Shown: positions 1-9,206, counted from the first letter of the stretch. The stretch: 64,000 nt of DNA from a virus (IMGVR_UViG_3300028840_001835), one strand, 5' to 3'. Numbers and translations: made by a program. The notes: generated by a model not told the origin, from the letters alone.

Positions 1-100
1 TCCTTCGGTACACAAGTCGAATTAAACGCCTCGACACAGGCTGGACATTCTCTCCAGTTCTCACCGTATTCGCAATCTTTAATATGGTTATCCATCTTTG

Positions 101-176
101 TGGTCGGGCACCCGGGAATTGAACCCGGCACCGCTAGCTTATAAGACTAAAGGGATCGACCAGACCTCCGTGCCCA
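101..176 (-). tRNA. tRNA-Ile(UAU)
   Basis: Cloverleaf; anticodon loop CT-TAT-AA; A73, encoded CCA. Confidence 0.85.
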
Positions 177-402
177 ATGTGTATTAAGGTTCTTCTATTC
201 GTTTACTAAACATCATACCTTCTGTCACATAGTTAGGATCATCTAATGTTTGATGAAAAAAGTGAATCCAGACCCTTGAAGAATTGTCCTCTTTTCCTAA
301 CATGGCAAGCCTGGGCGCATAGACACGTTTCTTCTTGACCCAATAGTATCCAGTCCTCTTCGGAATTCGTTTAGTAAATCTCATTTCAATTTCCTTTCAA
401 AT

Positions 403-477
403 TGGTGCAAGGAGTGGGAGTTGAACCCACTACAAGTGGTTTATCAGACCGCTCCGCATTACCGATGCGCTCCTTGC
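403..477 (-). tRNA. tRNA-Ile(GAU)
   Basis: GCAAGGA/TCCTTGC acceptor, loop CT-GAT-AA, CCA. Confidence 0.92.
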
Positions 478-479
478 AA

Positions 480-1205
480 TTATTCTTCCTCTTCCAAACT
501 ATTTAGAAGATCATCTGCGTCTTTAAACTTTACCAGGGGCTCCGTTCCGTTTCGTATTCTCTCAGACGTGTCTCTAAGATCCTGAGCCGCTTTATTTCTA
601 TCCGCGGGTGAACCCATAAAAGATAGTTCCCAGATTATACCGTAAAGAATATGGGCAAAGGAAAACTCTCCCTTATCGTAACTAAACTCCTTAAATCCCG
701 ACTTCTCTTTATGAAGCGATATATCGACCCTATCACGCAATCTGATCTCTATATTGATAAGCTCGTTACAAGGGGTGAACTCTATCGCCCAATGTATTCT
801 ATCGCCCTTCTTACATTCTATTATATCGGTACCTTCAGCATACTTGTCTTTTGGCTGTTCAAAACCAACGCCATGAAAGTCTGGAAACATCATACCTTCC
901 AGAGTCCTTTCACCATCAAACTTCCAAGATTCAAGACACCAGTAAAGTTCTAAGTATTCAATCTCATGATCCCGTCCACCTGGCGAGCCCTTGAGACCTT
1001 CAGCAACCAGTTCATCAACCCAGTTGCCAAATAATACATTGTAAAAAGTTATATCCCGCTGAAGTAGAAGAAACACATCCTTGAGAGTAACTCCTTTTTC
1101 AATCTCACAAGCATAAAATAGAAATCTGGTGGCGAATGGGGTCACATCGTTTTTGCGTTCCGTGTCCCAGAGCAGACCTCCTTTTTTAATCATCACTTTT
1201 GTCAT
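480..1205 (-). CDS. hypothetical protein (241 aa)
   Basis: Long ORF with SD, natural composition; no recognised motif. Confidence 0.8.
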   Translation of the reverse strand: MTKVMIKKGGLLWDTERKNDVTPFATRFLFYACEIEKGVTLKDVFLLLQRDITFYNVLFGNWVDELVAEGLKGSPGGRDHEIEYLELYWCLESWKFDGERTLEGMMFPDFHGVGFEQPKDKYAEGTDIIECKKGDRIHWAIEFTPCNELINIEIRLRDRVDISLHKEKSGFKEFSYDKGEFSFAHILYGIIWELSFMGSPADRNKAAQDLRDTSERIRNGTEPLVKFKDADDLLNSLEEEE

Positions 1206-1374
1206 TGTGCTCCTCTAATATCTTCTTCATTGGCATTCCACATTTTCTACAGACCATATTTTTATAATCTACCACATGAATACAGAATGATTTTCTTTCC
1301 TTTGTTTTGTTCACTGATGGAATATATATCGACCAATCGATCATATCCATCGCAATCTTTCCAAGATCCATTTC

Positions 1375-1518
1375 TTATCCTTTCTTCTTTTTCTTTTTCT
1401 TCTTTCTGACTTCGCCTTTTCTTAGACACCCACAGGGCGAGTATCTGGAACAACCACAGTTATCACATTGATAACTTGGTCTCTTGGCGGTTGACCTTCT
1501 AAATGAGATTCTACCCAT
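1375..1518 (-). CDS. small basic Cys-rich protein (47 aa)
   Basis: MGRISFRRSTAKRPSYQCDNCGCSRYSPCGCLRKGEVRKKKKKKKKG; SD upstream; stop abuts next RBS; below ORF-track cutoff. Confidence 0.75.
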   Translation of the reverse strand: MGRISFRRSTAKRPSYQCDNCGCSRYSPCGCLRKGEVRKKKKKKKKG

Positions 1519-1885
1519 ATATGTTCCACCTTTATTTAATTGACAATCGTTCCTTGACCATTGAATATAATGTTCCTACAATCCATCCTCTTTTTGTTGC
1601 ATAATATTTAATTCTTACAGTAGTTGCTTTCTTATTGATATCAAAGTAACCATCCAACTGACTGGGGTCCAGCTCAAATACATTAAACGCACAAACATCC
1701 TGGGTCCACTGTCGTTCTAAAATCTTTCTAATGTCTTTATTAAATATTATGATGGGATCTTGACCAGAACCAATTGACTCAAGGATGCCCACGGCCTCGC
1801 CAATATTTAAACTAATCATTTCAAAATCCTTTCAAGAGATTGATGCCCTACCTCATTTATAGGGCATCCATATATTTGTTATCTT

Positions 1886-2173
1886 CTATATTAATTTTTG
1901 CAAGTCATCTAAATGTGGTTTTATTTTCTTCTCAAAATCCTTTACGATATTACTATCGCCACCAGGGGTCCAGATTTTAAAATTCTTAGGATCATTAATA
2001 TTAGCAAGTTGTCCATTGCTAATTTTACTTGATGCAAATTCAACCCAAGGACCACCTTTCATTTTCTGTACACCTGTTACTCTAAAACTTGCATCTCCTA
2101 AAACAGTAGATAATAGTTTTTCAATTTTCTTCTTTTGAACCTTTTCGGTCATTAAATAAGATTTCCAGTTCAT
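1886..2173 (-). CDS. putative capsid-internal protein (CTS-like N-terminus)
   Basis: MNWKSYLMTE start; TATAAATA at 2192-2199. Confidence 0.65.
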   Translation of the reverse strand: MNWKSYLMTEKVQKKKIEKLLSTVLGDASFRVTGVQKMKGGPWVEFASSKISNGQLANINDPKNFKIWTPGGDSNIVKDFEKKIKPHLDDLQKLI

Positions 2174-2201
2174 ACAATCCTCCTTTGATTGTATTTATAT
2201 T

Positions 2202-2276
2202 TGGTACCCAGTGAGGGACTCGAACCCCCGTCTGCTGGATGTAAGCCAGATATTCTAGCCGCTGAACTAACCGGGC
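2202..2276 (-). tRNA. tRNA-Val(UAC)
   Basis: Cloverleaf, loop CT-TAC-AT, CCA. Confidence 0.92.
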
Positions 2277-2284
2277 ACAATTAT

Positions 2285-2611
2285 TTATATTCCGTATACC
2301 TTATTTTTAATTTCCTGGATCACCTTTTCATCGACAGGCATGGTCTCGGGTCCAGGTCTCTCAATCTGTCTCCGGGTCCGTCCCTTCATCTCGCAGTAAG
2401 CAATATGATAATGACGGAAGTCCCTTCTCATGCCAAAGAGCTGTCCCTGCTCTCTCCAGACAGCTTCACCTTTTCTCTGCTTATCCCGAAGGTCTCTCTT
2501 AAATCTTCCAAGTCCCTTTGCCTTTAGTTTGATAACCTGCTTTAGTGCCCGAAATCTTTCTTTGGTGCCAATGATTGCGTCCAATCCTTTTTCGTCTATC
2601 ATAAGTTCCAT
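2285..2611 (-). CDS. conserved phage hypothetical protein (RHxHIAY...KGR...QIE)
   Basis: Motif RHYHIAYCEMKGRTRRQIE, which I recall from genes beside phage PTH2-like genes. Confidence 0.65.
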   Translation of the reverse strand: MELMIDEKGLDAIIGTKERFRALKQVIKLKAKGLGRFKRDLRDKQRKGEAVWREQGQLFGMRRDFRHYHIAYCEMKGRTRRQIERPGPETMPVDEKVIQEIKNKVYGI

Positions 2612-2693
2612 AATATATCTCCTTTTAAGTTAGTGTTTAATTGTATCCGTGTTCAATCAATATATTATGGTGGTTTGAATACATGGTTCTAAG

Positions 2694-3026
2694 TCATGCT
2701 CCCTCCCTCATTAGTTTAAGGTTTGAGAACACCTTCCTCTTATCACCCTTAATGGGTGTCGTGGAGAAGGCCGTGATTATGTTACCAATATCCGGTTCCC
2801 TAAATATGTATGTCTTTATCTCTTTCTGTTTCGCCTTATATAATAATTTTTCAATCGTTTGTTCATCGGTGTTACAGAGTACCAAATGTGGATGTGTCTC
2901 TGTACCATTCATATACATTCTTGCCATCTCTATCGCTGCATGACAAGACTGAACACATTGTTGAGGGATAGAAAGATCGTCCCTCACAACAACATAAACG
3001 TATTCGGTTTCCTAGGTATGATTCAT
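2694..3026 (-). CDS. peptidyl-tRNA hydrolase 2-like protein with in-frame TAG at codon 5
   Basis: ATG AAT CAT ACC TAG GAA ACC GAA TAC GTT TAT GTT GTT GTG AGG GAC; PTH2-like motifs YVVVRDDL..Q..Q.CHA, FREPDIGN.ITA. Confidence 0.75.
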
Positions 3027-3027
3027 T

Positions 3028-3285
3028 TTATTTCACCTTCTTTTTAATCAATCGTATACTTGCTTCAATTTGTTTTAACTGCTTTTTCATTACCTGTACA
3101 TTCTCTGTGCCAAGTGCCTGTTCAAAAACTTCAATATTTTGTTTTAAAACATTAACCCTATCTTTCACATAAGCCGCGTATTCTAATCCACCTTCTTTTC
3201 TAGGCTTATATACGCCTCTCTGTTTCATCACTTTCATTACGCCAGCAAAATCGTCACCATCTTTCAAATAGTTTTTATAGTCCAT
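3028..3285 (-). CDS. putative capsid-internal protein (CTS-like N-terminus)
   Basis: MDYKNYLKD start; TATAAATA at 3314-3321. Confidence 0.55.
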   Translation of the reverse strand: MDYKNYLKDGDDFAGVMKVMKQRGVYKPRKEGGLEYAAYVKDRVNVLKQNIEVFEQALGTENVQVMKKQLKQIEASIRLIKKKVK

Positions 3286-3323
3286 ATTGTCGCTCCTAAT
3301 GTTGATACATTAGTATTTATATT

Positions 3324-3399
3324 TGGTGCGTCCGGGTGGACTTGAACCACCAACCAGAGTGTTTAGAATACTCTGCTCTACGAGTTGAGCTACGGACGC
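3324..3399 (-). tRNA. amber suppressor tRNA (CUA)
   Basis: 76-nt cloverleaf GCGTCCG/CGGACGC-A-CCA; anticodon arm GAGTA-TT CTA AA-CACTC. Confidence 0.85.
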
Positions 3400-3400
3400 A

Positions 3401-3478
3401 TGGTGCCCAGAGTGGGATTCGAACCCACACATTAATTGGCTCTCGACCAACCTCCTCTACCAATTGGGATACCTGGAC
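3401..3478 (-). tRNA. tRNA-Leu(GAG), short variable arm, C33
   Basis: Leu-type D arm; loop TC-GAG-AG; CCA. Confidence 0.7.
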
Positions 3479-3492
3479 ATGATTAAAAGTTC

Positions 3493-3567
3493 TGGTGGAG
3501 TCGAGGGGAATCGAACCCCTATCTCCTGGGTGCAAGCCAAGCATGTTTCCGTTGTCACCACGACCCC
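3493..3567 (-). tRNA. tRNA-Ala(UGC)
   Basis: G3:U70, loop CT-TGC-AC, CCA. Confidence 0.92.
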
Positions 3568-3611
3568 TTTAATTTTATTTATATCTAACATGAATGGATT
3601 GGTTTACTGTT

Positions 3612-4028
3612 CTATTTGATTTTCACTTTTCTAGTCTGCGCGGATTCCTTTATAGGAATCTTTATAGTTAGCAGACCATTCTCCAGCTTGGCTTCAAGAT
3701 TGTCAAGTTCAAACTTGGCTCCTATCTTCCAGGCATGGTTGAATGATTTTCTTGTGATATGTCTGGCGATATAGTCTGACTCGGGAATATCCCGGGCCTT
3801 TTTATCGTACTTCACACCAAGGATATCCCCCTCAATGGAAATTTCTATATCGTCCTTCTTCAGACCAAGAGCTGCGATCTGTAGCTCCAATCCATCTGTT
3901 CTTTTGAGTATATCAACCGGGTAACCAATCTTCACAGAACCATCTTGTATCGGACCAAAACCCGTGTGTGATTCAAAAATGTTGCTGAATAGGATGTCGA
4001 ACTCATCCCAGTTAAATAGTGTAGTCAT
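3612..4028 (-). CDS. hsp20: small heat-shock protein Hsp20/IbpA family
   Basis: YPVDI...ALGLKKDDIEI...RHITRKSF...AKLENGLLTIKIP; late promoter 4110-4117. Confidence 0.92.
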   Translation of the reverse strand: MTTLFNWDEFDILFSNIFESHTGFGPIQDGSVKIGYPVDILKRTDGLELQIAALGLKKDDIEISIEGDILGVKYDKKARDIPESDYIARHITRKSFNHAWKIGAKFELDNLEAKLENGLLTIKIPIKESAQTRKVKIK

Positions 4029-4146
4029 ACTTTCCTCCTTGTGCCCTTAGGTCACATTTCAATAATTGTTGAATGGTTATCCAATCCATCCATTCTCTTA
4101 ATGTAGAAATATTTATATCCTTTCGGTAGTATATTTTGGACTTAAT

Positions 4147-4764
4147 TTATCTCAATTTGTCAAACATTCCGATGTTACCTTTACAGTATTCCTTCAACTG
4201 TTTCAACCAGGCGTCTGACTTGATCTTGAACATCATGGGATAGGAGAACTTCTTAGGCCTCTCGGCACCCTTACACACCACACCTTCAAATGTCATCCCC
4301 TCAAGTGTCGAATCCTTCACGCTGTCAACAAAGTCCTTGGTGACCTCTCCTCTATATAGAAGGCGGGCCTCGAACCCAGAGTCCCCAAATAATTTAAGGA
4401 ACTCCTGCGGTGTCATTAACCCCTGCTTATATACACTAACATCAATCAACTTGACCTCATGTATCTCTTTGGTATGCTGACCAAACATTGAATGTTCGCC
4501 TAAGTATTCAAAGAAACAGATAACCTTCTGATATCTCTGTCGTTTGAATATATGATTGAAGTACGGCTCCGTGTTCTTTATCAGCTGCTTTGCCTCACCA
4601 AGAAGCGGATCATTCTCATCTAGTAATCTCCTCCGGGAACCAAACTTCCAGAATCCTTTTCTATGATCCCACTCCGCACGAACATTAGAACCATCGAGTT
4701 TATCAAACGCATAGACCTTGCCTGAATGATTTTTATAATGTGCTATGGTCATATACTCTTTCAT
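4147..4764 (-). CDS. RNA ligase-like nucleotidyltransferase
   Basis: Motif I DKLDGSN, FFEY, EGVV, FKIK. Confidence 0.75.
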   Translation of the reverse strand: MKEYMTIAHYKNHSGKVYAFDKLDGSNVRAEWDHRKGFWKFGSRRRLLDENDPLLGEAKQLIKNTEPYFNHIFKRQRYQKVICFFEYLGEHSMFGQHTKEIHEVKLIDVSVYKQGLMTPQEFLKLFGDSGFEARLLYRGEVTKDFVDSVKDSTLEGMTFEGVVCKGAERPKKFSYPMMFKIKSDAWLKQLKEYCKGNIGMFDKLR

Positions 4765-4767
4765 GAT

Positions 4768-5040
4768 TCACCTTTTTGATTTCTTTATCTTCATGCAGGT
4801 TCCGAATGTTTTCTTCTTACGAATAAACCTAATCCACTTCTGAACTCTCTCATTCTTCAACAATCTTTCCGATGTATTGTAATAATCACGAAGTTCATTA
4901 TTGGTAAATAGTAGATGAACCTGACCATGACAATCTATACATAAAGAGATCGTTTCCTTGCCCTTCTTACAAGCAGGAATGAGATGATGCTCCGTGATGT
5001 AATCATTCGGGGTCTCCCTTTGGCAAATTGGGCACCTCAT
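4768..5040 (-). CDS. HNH endonuclease
   Basis: CPIC...TEHHLIP...LCIDCHGQVH; start refined to MRCPIC. Confidence 0.85.
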   Translation of the reverse strand: MRCPICQRETPNDYITEHHLIPACKKGKETISLCIDCHGQVHLLFTNNELRDYYNTSERLLKNERVQKWIRFIRKKKTFGTCMKIKKSKR

Positions 5041-5854
5041 TTGGATCCTCCTTAAATAGACACGTTCCTTTTGTGTGGTCGACCCTATTCTCGCAACCAA
5101 GTCCGCAGAATGCAAATACAGGTTGGCCATGCCAGAACTTTTGTCCCTCTATCCATTCCGAATATCCACAACCTGCACATATTTCTTCATGTGAAAATAA
5201 ACTCATCTTAGATTTTCTATTCTTTTGAATATATCTATTAGATAAAACTCTGGATCCAGATCTGTTACATTTATACCATATATCTTTTCTATCTTTTCAA
5301 TGGCGTTATCAATATCCTTATCTCTCTGATCCTGTTCGTCCTCATTAAAGGCTATGAAGAAATCCGTAAGCGAGGATTCATCTGTAATCAATACATCACA
5401 ATAGTTCATTCCAATTATCTCTGGAAAGAATCTCTCGGCAACATCGTGATACGAATCAACATCGATCTGAGGAGCAATTTCAATGTCTTTTTTATTGAAT
5501 TTCTTTTTATCCATTATTTTACCTTTAACTTATATTTGTCTACAAAATATTGTATGTCCGATTCGTGGCATTTAATCCATAAGAAATAATCTGGCGCACC
5601 ACTTAGTGTACAAAATCCAATTTCCAAATGCCTTTCAATAAACTTTCGATGTATTATGGTGAAAAGACAGTCATTTGTTAATTTTTTCAATATATCTTCA
5701 AATTCCATTTGAGTTTTCTGTCTCGAAAAACTTATACTACAGTCCAGAGTATCTACCCACCATTCATAACATCGATCTTTGGAATCCCGAAGTAATGTAT
5801 CTTTTTCTTCAATAGATAAATGATCCGTATCAAAAAATGTATTTGTCATTAATT

Positions 5855-5934
5855 TGGAAGCGGGGGCCGGAATCGAACCTGACCATAAGTCCGGGCTTAT
5901 GAAACCCAGTAGCCCACCAGGGCTTGTCCCCGCA
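5855..5934 (-). tRNA. tRNA(CAU), initiator-Met-like
   Basis: TGCGGGG...CCGGCCCCCGCT resembles fMet; unpaired 1:72; GGG/CCC in anticodon stem; loop TT-CAT-AA. Confidence 0.75.
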
Positions 5935-5939
5935 ATTCT

Positions 5940-6248
5940 TTATTTGTATAATCGAAAATATTTAAAAGCCTTTGGCCATTCCTTTCGTGGAGCAAATACC
6001 AATCCAATCTCGGCTCCATCAAAAGCCATTTCTGTAATGGTAATGTAATTGTTGAATTCTTTAGCTTGCTGAAATTCTACCTCTGATACTTTGCAAGTTA
6101 CTTTTCTAAAGTGATTATTTAACCAATCCTGATATATGGGGTCGTTCTTAAATTTCTTGTGTAACATAAGTACACCATGACCGACTCCATTTATCGCATG
6201 GCCGAGGTCAATGTCCTCTTTCATTAGTATATATATTTTCAATGCCAT
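5940..6248 (-). CDS. second PTH2-like protein
   Basis: KIYILMKEDIDLGHA..GVGHG...W....FRKVTCKV...LVFAP. Confidence 0.75.
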   Translation of the reverse strand: MALKIYILMKEDIDLGHAINGVGHGVLMLHKKFKNDPIYQDWLNNHFRKVTCKVSEVEFQQAKEFNNYITITEMAFDGAEIGLVFAPRKEWPKAFKYFRLYK

Positions 6249-6260
6249 TTCAATCCTTTA

Positions 6261-6332
6261 TGGTACCGATGGAGAGACTCGAACTCTCTTGCTAAGGCAT
6301 ATGAGACCTTGCCCTGTCCCACAGTCATCGGC
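6261..6332 (-). tRNA. tRNA(CAU) Met/Ile2 with miniature D loop
   Basis: 72 nt; loop CT-CAT-AT; D arm CTGT-GGG-ACAG; CCA. Confidence 0.7.
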
Positions 6333-6335
6333 TTG

Positions 6336-6665
6336 TTATTTTTTATTATATGTTATCATTACATGAATTTCTTTGTTTCCACCATCAACCGGAAATATTT
6401 GAACATCAGTATTAGTAATCTCAAAGTCCTGATGTAAAAACTTATCATGAATCTTTTTTTGAACTGCCCTACTAACTCTTTGAAAATCAGAATTAGTTGG
6501 GTTTACCTTCTTATATTTAACAATAACATGATTACCATGAGGAACCCACATAGAAAATCTTTTGGGTGTCATAATGGATTTAGTAAAGGTTTTGCCTAGA
6601 AATTTTATAATATCATTTTTAATGTTTATGGAATTACCTTCCCGTAAATACTCTTTCCAACTCAT
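6336..6665 (-). CDS. putative capsid-internal protein (CTS-like)
   Basis: MSWKEYLRE start. Confidence 0.6.
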   Translation of the reverse strand: MSWKEYLREGNSINIKNDIIKFLGKTFTKSIMTPKRFSMWVPHGNHVIVKYKKVNPTNSDFQRVSRAVQKKIHDKFLHQDFEITNTDVQIFPVDGGNKEIHVMITYNKK

Positions 6666-6701
6666 AATGACTCCTATAGTTAATAAAATCCTTTTAACTA
6701 T

Positions 6702-7313
6702 TTAGAATTTGAAATCCTCTCTTATCTGTTTCACGCAATCATCTATGGTATAAAAACTTTTCACTTGACCGTTATTTGAAATCTGACTTGCAAACAACAG
6801 GGTCGAGTTTGCGTTAGTGTTTTTATCATCCGGAAGTATAAGATATATTGGAATTCGAAATAGGAACGCAAATGTGACCTCTATAATCGTTCCGACCATC
6901 TTTGACTCCTTTGGAACATGAGCCACAATGAAGTCAGACCTTACCACGGCCTCACTGTCTCCCCAGTATTGTATCTTCTCAGCATAGTTACCGTCCACGT
7001 ATTTTCTCATCCTGAGATTTCCAAGGAGCTGAATTAGATCCGTGTTCTGTGAGATGGTACCGAACCAAATTCTCCACATCTCATTGAAAAAGATATCCCA
7101 CTGTCCAGCTCGTTTAAGATTCTTTATTCTCTCAATCTGCTCAGTGACCTCCAGACCTCCTTTTTCAGATTCCTGTACAACAGGATTGTATATCATGAGG
7201 TCTGGGTGTTTTAGTTTCTCAGTTATCTCATCTCGCCATCCAGTCATGTCCTCGGTTGTGGAGAACTCCATCGATCCTGCAAGATATGTGGTATACTTGA
7301 ATCTCTTTTTCAT
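6702..7313 (-). CDS. nucleoside 2-deoxyribosyltransferase-like protein
   Basis: YLAGSM...WR...YNP...D...V.RSDFIVA...GTIIEV.FA....P. Confidence 0.8.
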   Translation of the reverse strand: MKKRFKYTTYLAGSMEFSTTEDMTGWRDEITEKLKHPDLMIYNPVVQESEKGGLEVTEQIERIKNLKRAGQWDIFFNEMWRIWFGTISQNTDLIQLLGNLRMRKYVDGNYAEKIQYWGDSEAVVRSDFIVAHVPKESKMVGTIIEVTFAFLFRIPIYLILPDDKNTNANSTLLFASQISNNGQVKSFYTIDDCVKQIREDFKF

Positions 7314-7564
7314 TATACATCTCCGTTCATTAATCTGGCTTCATTCTCTCTGGCGTCTAGCCTTCGTCTACGAAACTCGTCCGCACAATGTGCCGCGGCG
7401 TATACCGTGTCATGTAAATCGGAGTACCTCTCCTCACGGTCGGCCATATATAACTGCATCAATCTATATATGCAAAATTCAAGCTCACCTTTACTTTTCA
7501 TTCTTGGGAGCTTGTCAAGAACAGATTGAAATTTTGATCTATCATTCTGATCAATATAAGGCAT
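7313..7564 (-). CDS. conserved phage hypothetical protein (MPYI...GEL...EFRRR...NGDV)
   Basis: Recognisable phage family pattern. Confidence 0.7.
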   Translation of the reverse strand: MPYIDQNDRSKFQSVLDKLPRMKSKGELEFCIYRLMQLYMADREERYSDLHDTVYAAAHCADEFRRRRLDARENEARLMNGDV

Positions 7565-7577
7565 ACAATCTCCTTAG

Positions 7578-7751
7578 TTAAACCTTGACTCCCCTCTTAT
7601 CGAAGGTACCACACTTACACTCAGCGACCATCTTCCTATTACCAATGGTCACCTTCAAGATCCATTTCTTGAATTCGCCGCAAGCGGGGCAGAGATTTTT
7701 TCTCTCCGCCCCTCTAGCTGCAGGGTTGTTTTTACTTCCTCTTGTTCCCAT
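7578..7751 (-). CDS. small zinc-ribbon protein (57 aa)
   Basis: MGTRGSKNNPAARGAERKNLCPACG...ECKCG; below ORF cutoff. Confidence 0.7.
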   Translation of the reverse strand: MGTRGSKNNPAARGAERKNLCPACGEFKKWILKVTIGNRKMVAECKCGTFDKRGVKV

Positions 7752-7765
7752 ATTACCCTTTTAAG

Positions 7766-8212
7766 TTAAAATTCGATCTTTGGTTTGTCCTCTTCCTTGA
7801 AGTCCTTTAAGCACTTGCCACTATTCACCACCTTCCCTATTGCTGTCTTTGTCCGATACATGAATCGCATCATACGGAGCAAGATGATGTACATAGAAAC
7901 TAACAAGACCCCTGGCCATGCGCCCATCATGACTATTGCCCCCACGCTATATGCAAGAAATACAAACTCCATGTCAACTGTCTGACAGAAATTCGGTCTC
8001 TGGAACTCCTCCAATGTTGCTATCATATTCGGAGTGAACACCTTCTGAAAGAACTTGTGAAATGGATATATCACCGTTGGTCTCTTGTATGGCTTGTCCT
8101 TGATGAAGGACAGATTCCATGCCACGAATAGAGAAAGAAGGATAAAGATCACAACGGCCACCAACGGAGCGGCGCATAATGCACCTATCGTGTAATACAA
8201 TGCTTCAGTCAT
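7766..8212 (-). CDS. membrane protein, KPK(I/L) family paralog 1
   Basis: 2-3 TM; C-terminal LRMMRF.YR.K.AIGK.V..GKCL.D..E.DKPKIEF. Confidence 0.8.
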   Translation of the reverse strand: MTEALYYTIGALCAAPLVAVVIFILLSLFVAWNLSFIKDKPYKRPTVIYPFHKFFQKVFTPNMIATLEEFQRPNFCQTVDMEFVFLAYSVGAIVMMGAWPGVLLVSMYIILLRMMRFMYRTKTAIGKVVNSGKCLKDFKEEDKPKIEF

Positions 8213-8226
8213 ACCTTTCCTTTCAT

Positions 8227-8652
8227 TTAGAAATTAAGTTTAGGTTTGTCCGCCTCGGTGTATTCAGCAAGGCACTTCTTACCATTGACCAGCTTCATCA
8301 GACCTTTCTTCAAGCGGAAGGAGAACCTGAGCATTCTGAGCATTGTGTAATACACACATCCTATTCCTGTCACGGGCCAGAACAATCCTCCAAAGATCGA
8401 TGGCATCAGAATCATGGCGCTGAAGTTACCGTAATCATTATCCTCGAACAGCTCATATTTGATCTCACTGTCGCCGAACGACTTCGCCAGGCTGTTGTAC
8501 ATGGCCACTATGATCTTGGGCCACCTGAACCTTCTCTCGTCAATGTAAGTCATGTTCCATTCAACAAACAGAAGCAGTAATGATAATAACCAGAGTGCCA
8601 CCCCTGGGGCGGCGCAGATGGCAGCGATGATAAAATAGAATCCAAGAGTCAT
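8227..8652 (-). CDS. membrane protein, KPK(I/L) family paralog 2
   Basis: Same C-terminal motif (KKCLAEYTEADKPKLNF). Confidence 0.8.
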   Translation of the reverse strand: MTLGFYFIIAAICAAPGVALWLLSLLLLFVEWNMTYIDERRFRWPKIIVAMYNSLAKSFGDSEIKYELFEDNDYGNFSAMILMPSIFGGLFWPVTGIGCVYYTMLRMLRFSFRLKKGLMKLVNGKKCLAEYTEADKPKLNF

Positions 8653-8669
8653 CCTTCACCACCTTTCAA

Positions 8670-9104
8670 TTAAAGTTCAATCTTGGGCTTGTCCGCGTCC
8701 TCATAGTCCTTCAGACACTTCTTACCGCTAACCAGCTTACCGATGGCACTTTTGATCCTATATGCGAATCTGAGAGTTCTCATCATGCCGTATATTAGAC
8801 CGCCGATAATAAATATGGGCCATATCAACATCACTAAAAAACCAAGTGTAATATATAACATTCCCATCAATCCAACAAGTACATCATCATTGTCAAGGTC
8901 TGCTGCATTCATTTCAACGTCGGGTTGAAATACGTTATAAAAAAATACGGCAAGGTTGACTACAAACCTGGGGTATTTAATCTCTGTTTCTACTATATAG
9001 GACTTGATGAAAGTCCATATTGTTCCAACAAACATCAGGAGACCTAATGACATTATCATGCCTCCAAGTATAAGACCTATTATTCCGTACAAATCCATTT
9101 TCAA
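8670..9104 (-). CDS. membrane protein, KPK(I/L) family paralog 3
   Basis: Same C-terminal motif (KKCLKDYEDADKPKIEL). Confidence 0.8.
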   Translation of the reverse strand: MKMDLYGIIGLILGGMIMSLGLLMFVGTIWTFIKSYIVETEIKYPRFVVNLAVFFYNVFQPDVEMNAADLDNDDVLVGLMGMLYITLGFLVMLIWPIFIIGGLIYGMMRTLRFAYRIKSAIGKLVSGKKCLKDYEDADKPKIEL

Positions 9105-9129
9105 TCCCTTTCAATTTTATGTTAATTTT

Positions 9130-9206
9130 TGGTGACCAGGGTGGGGGTCGAACCCACACTGAACAGGGTTTAAGCCTGATCCCTCTTCCAGTTGGGGTAC
9201 CTGGCC
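9130..9206 (-). tRNA. tRNA-Leu(UAA), short variable arm
   Basis: Loop CT-TAA-AC; CCA. Confidence 0.88.

Noticed and set aside
1262-1453. 63-aa ORF in the track
   Set aside because: Shadow frame; the 1375-1518 and 1186-1371 ORFs have proper SD sites and tile the region.
3317-3544. ORFs 3317-3544, 18586-18807, 10624-10815 and the N-extension of 9245-10312
   Set aside because: They overlap tRNA/tmRNA genes on the same strand, so they are artefacts.
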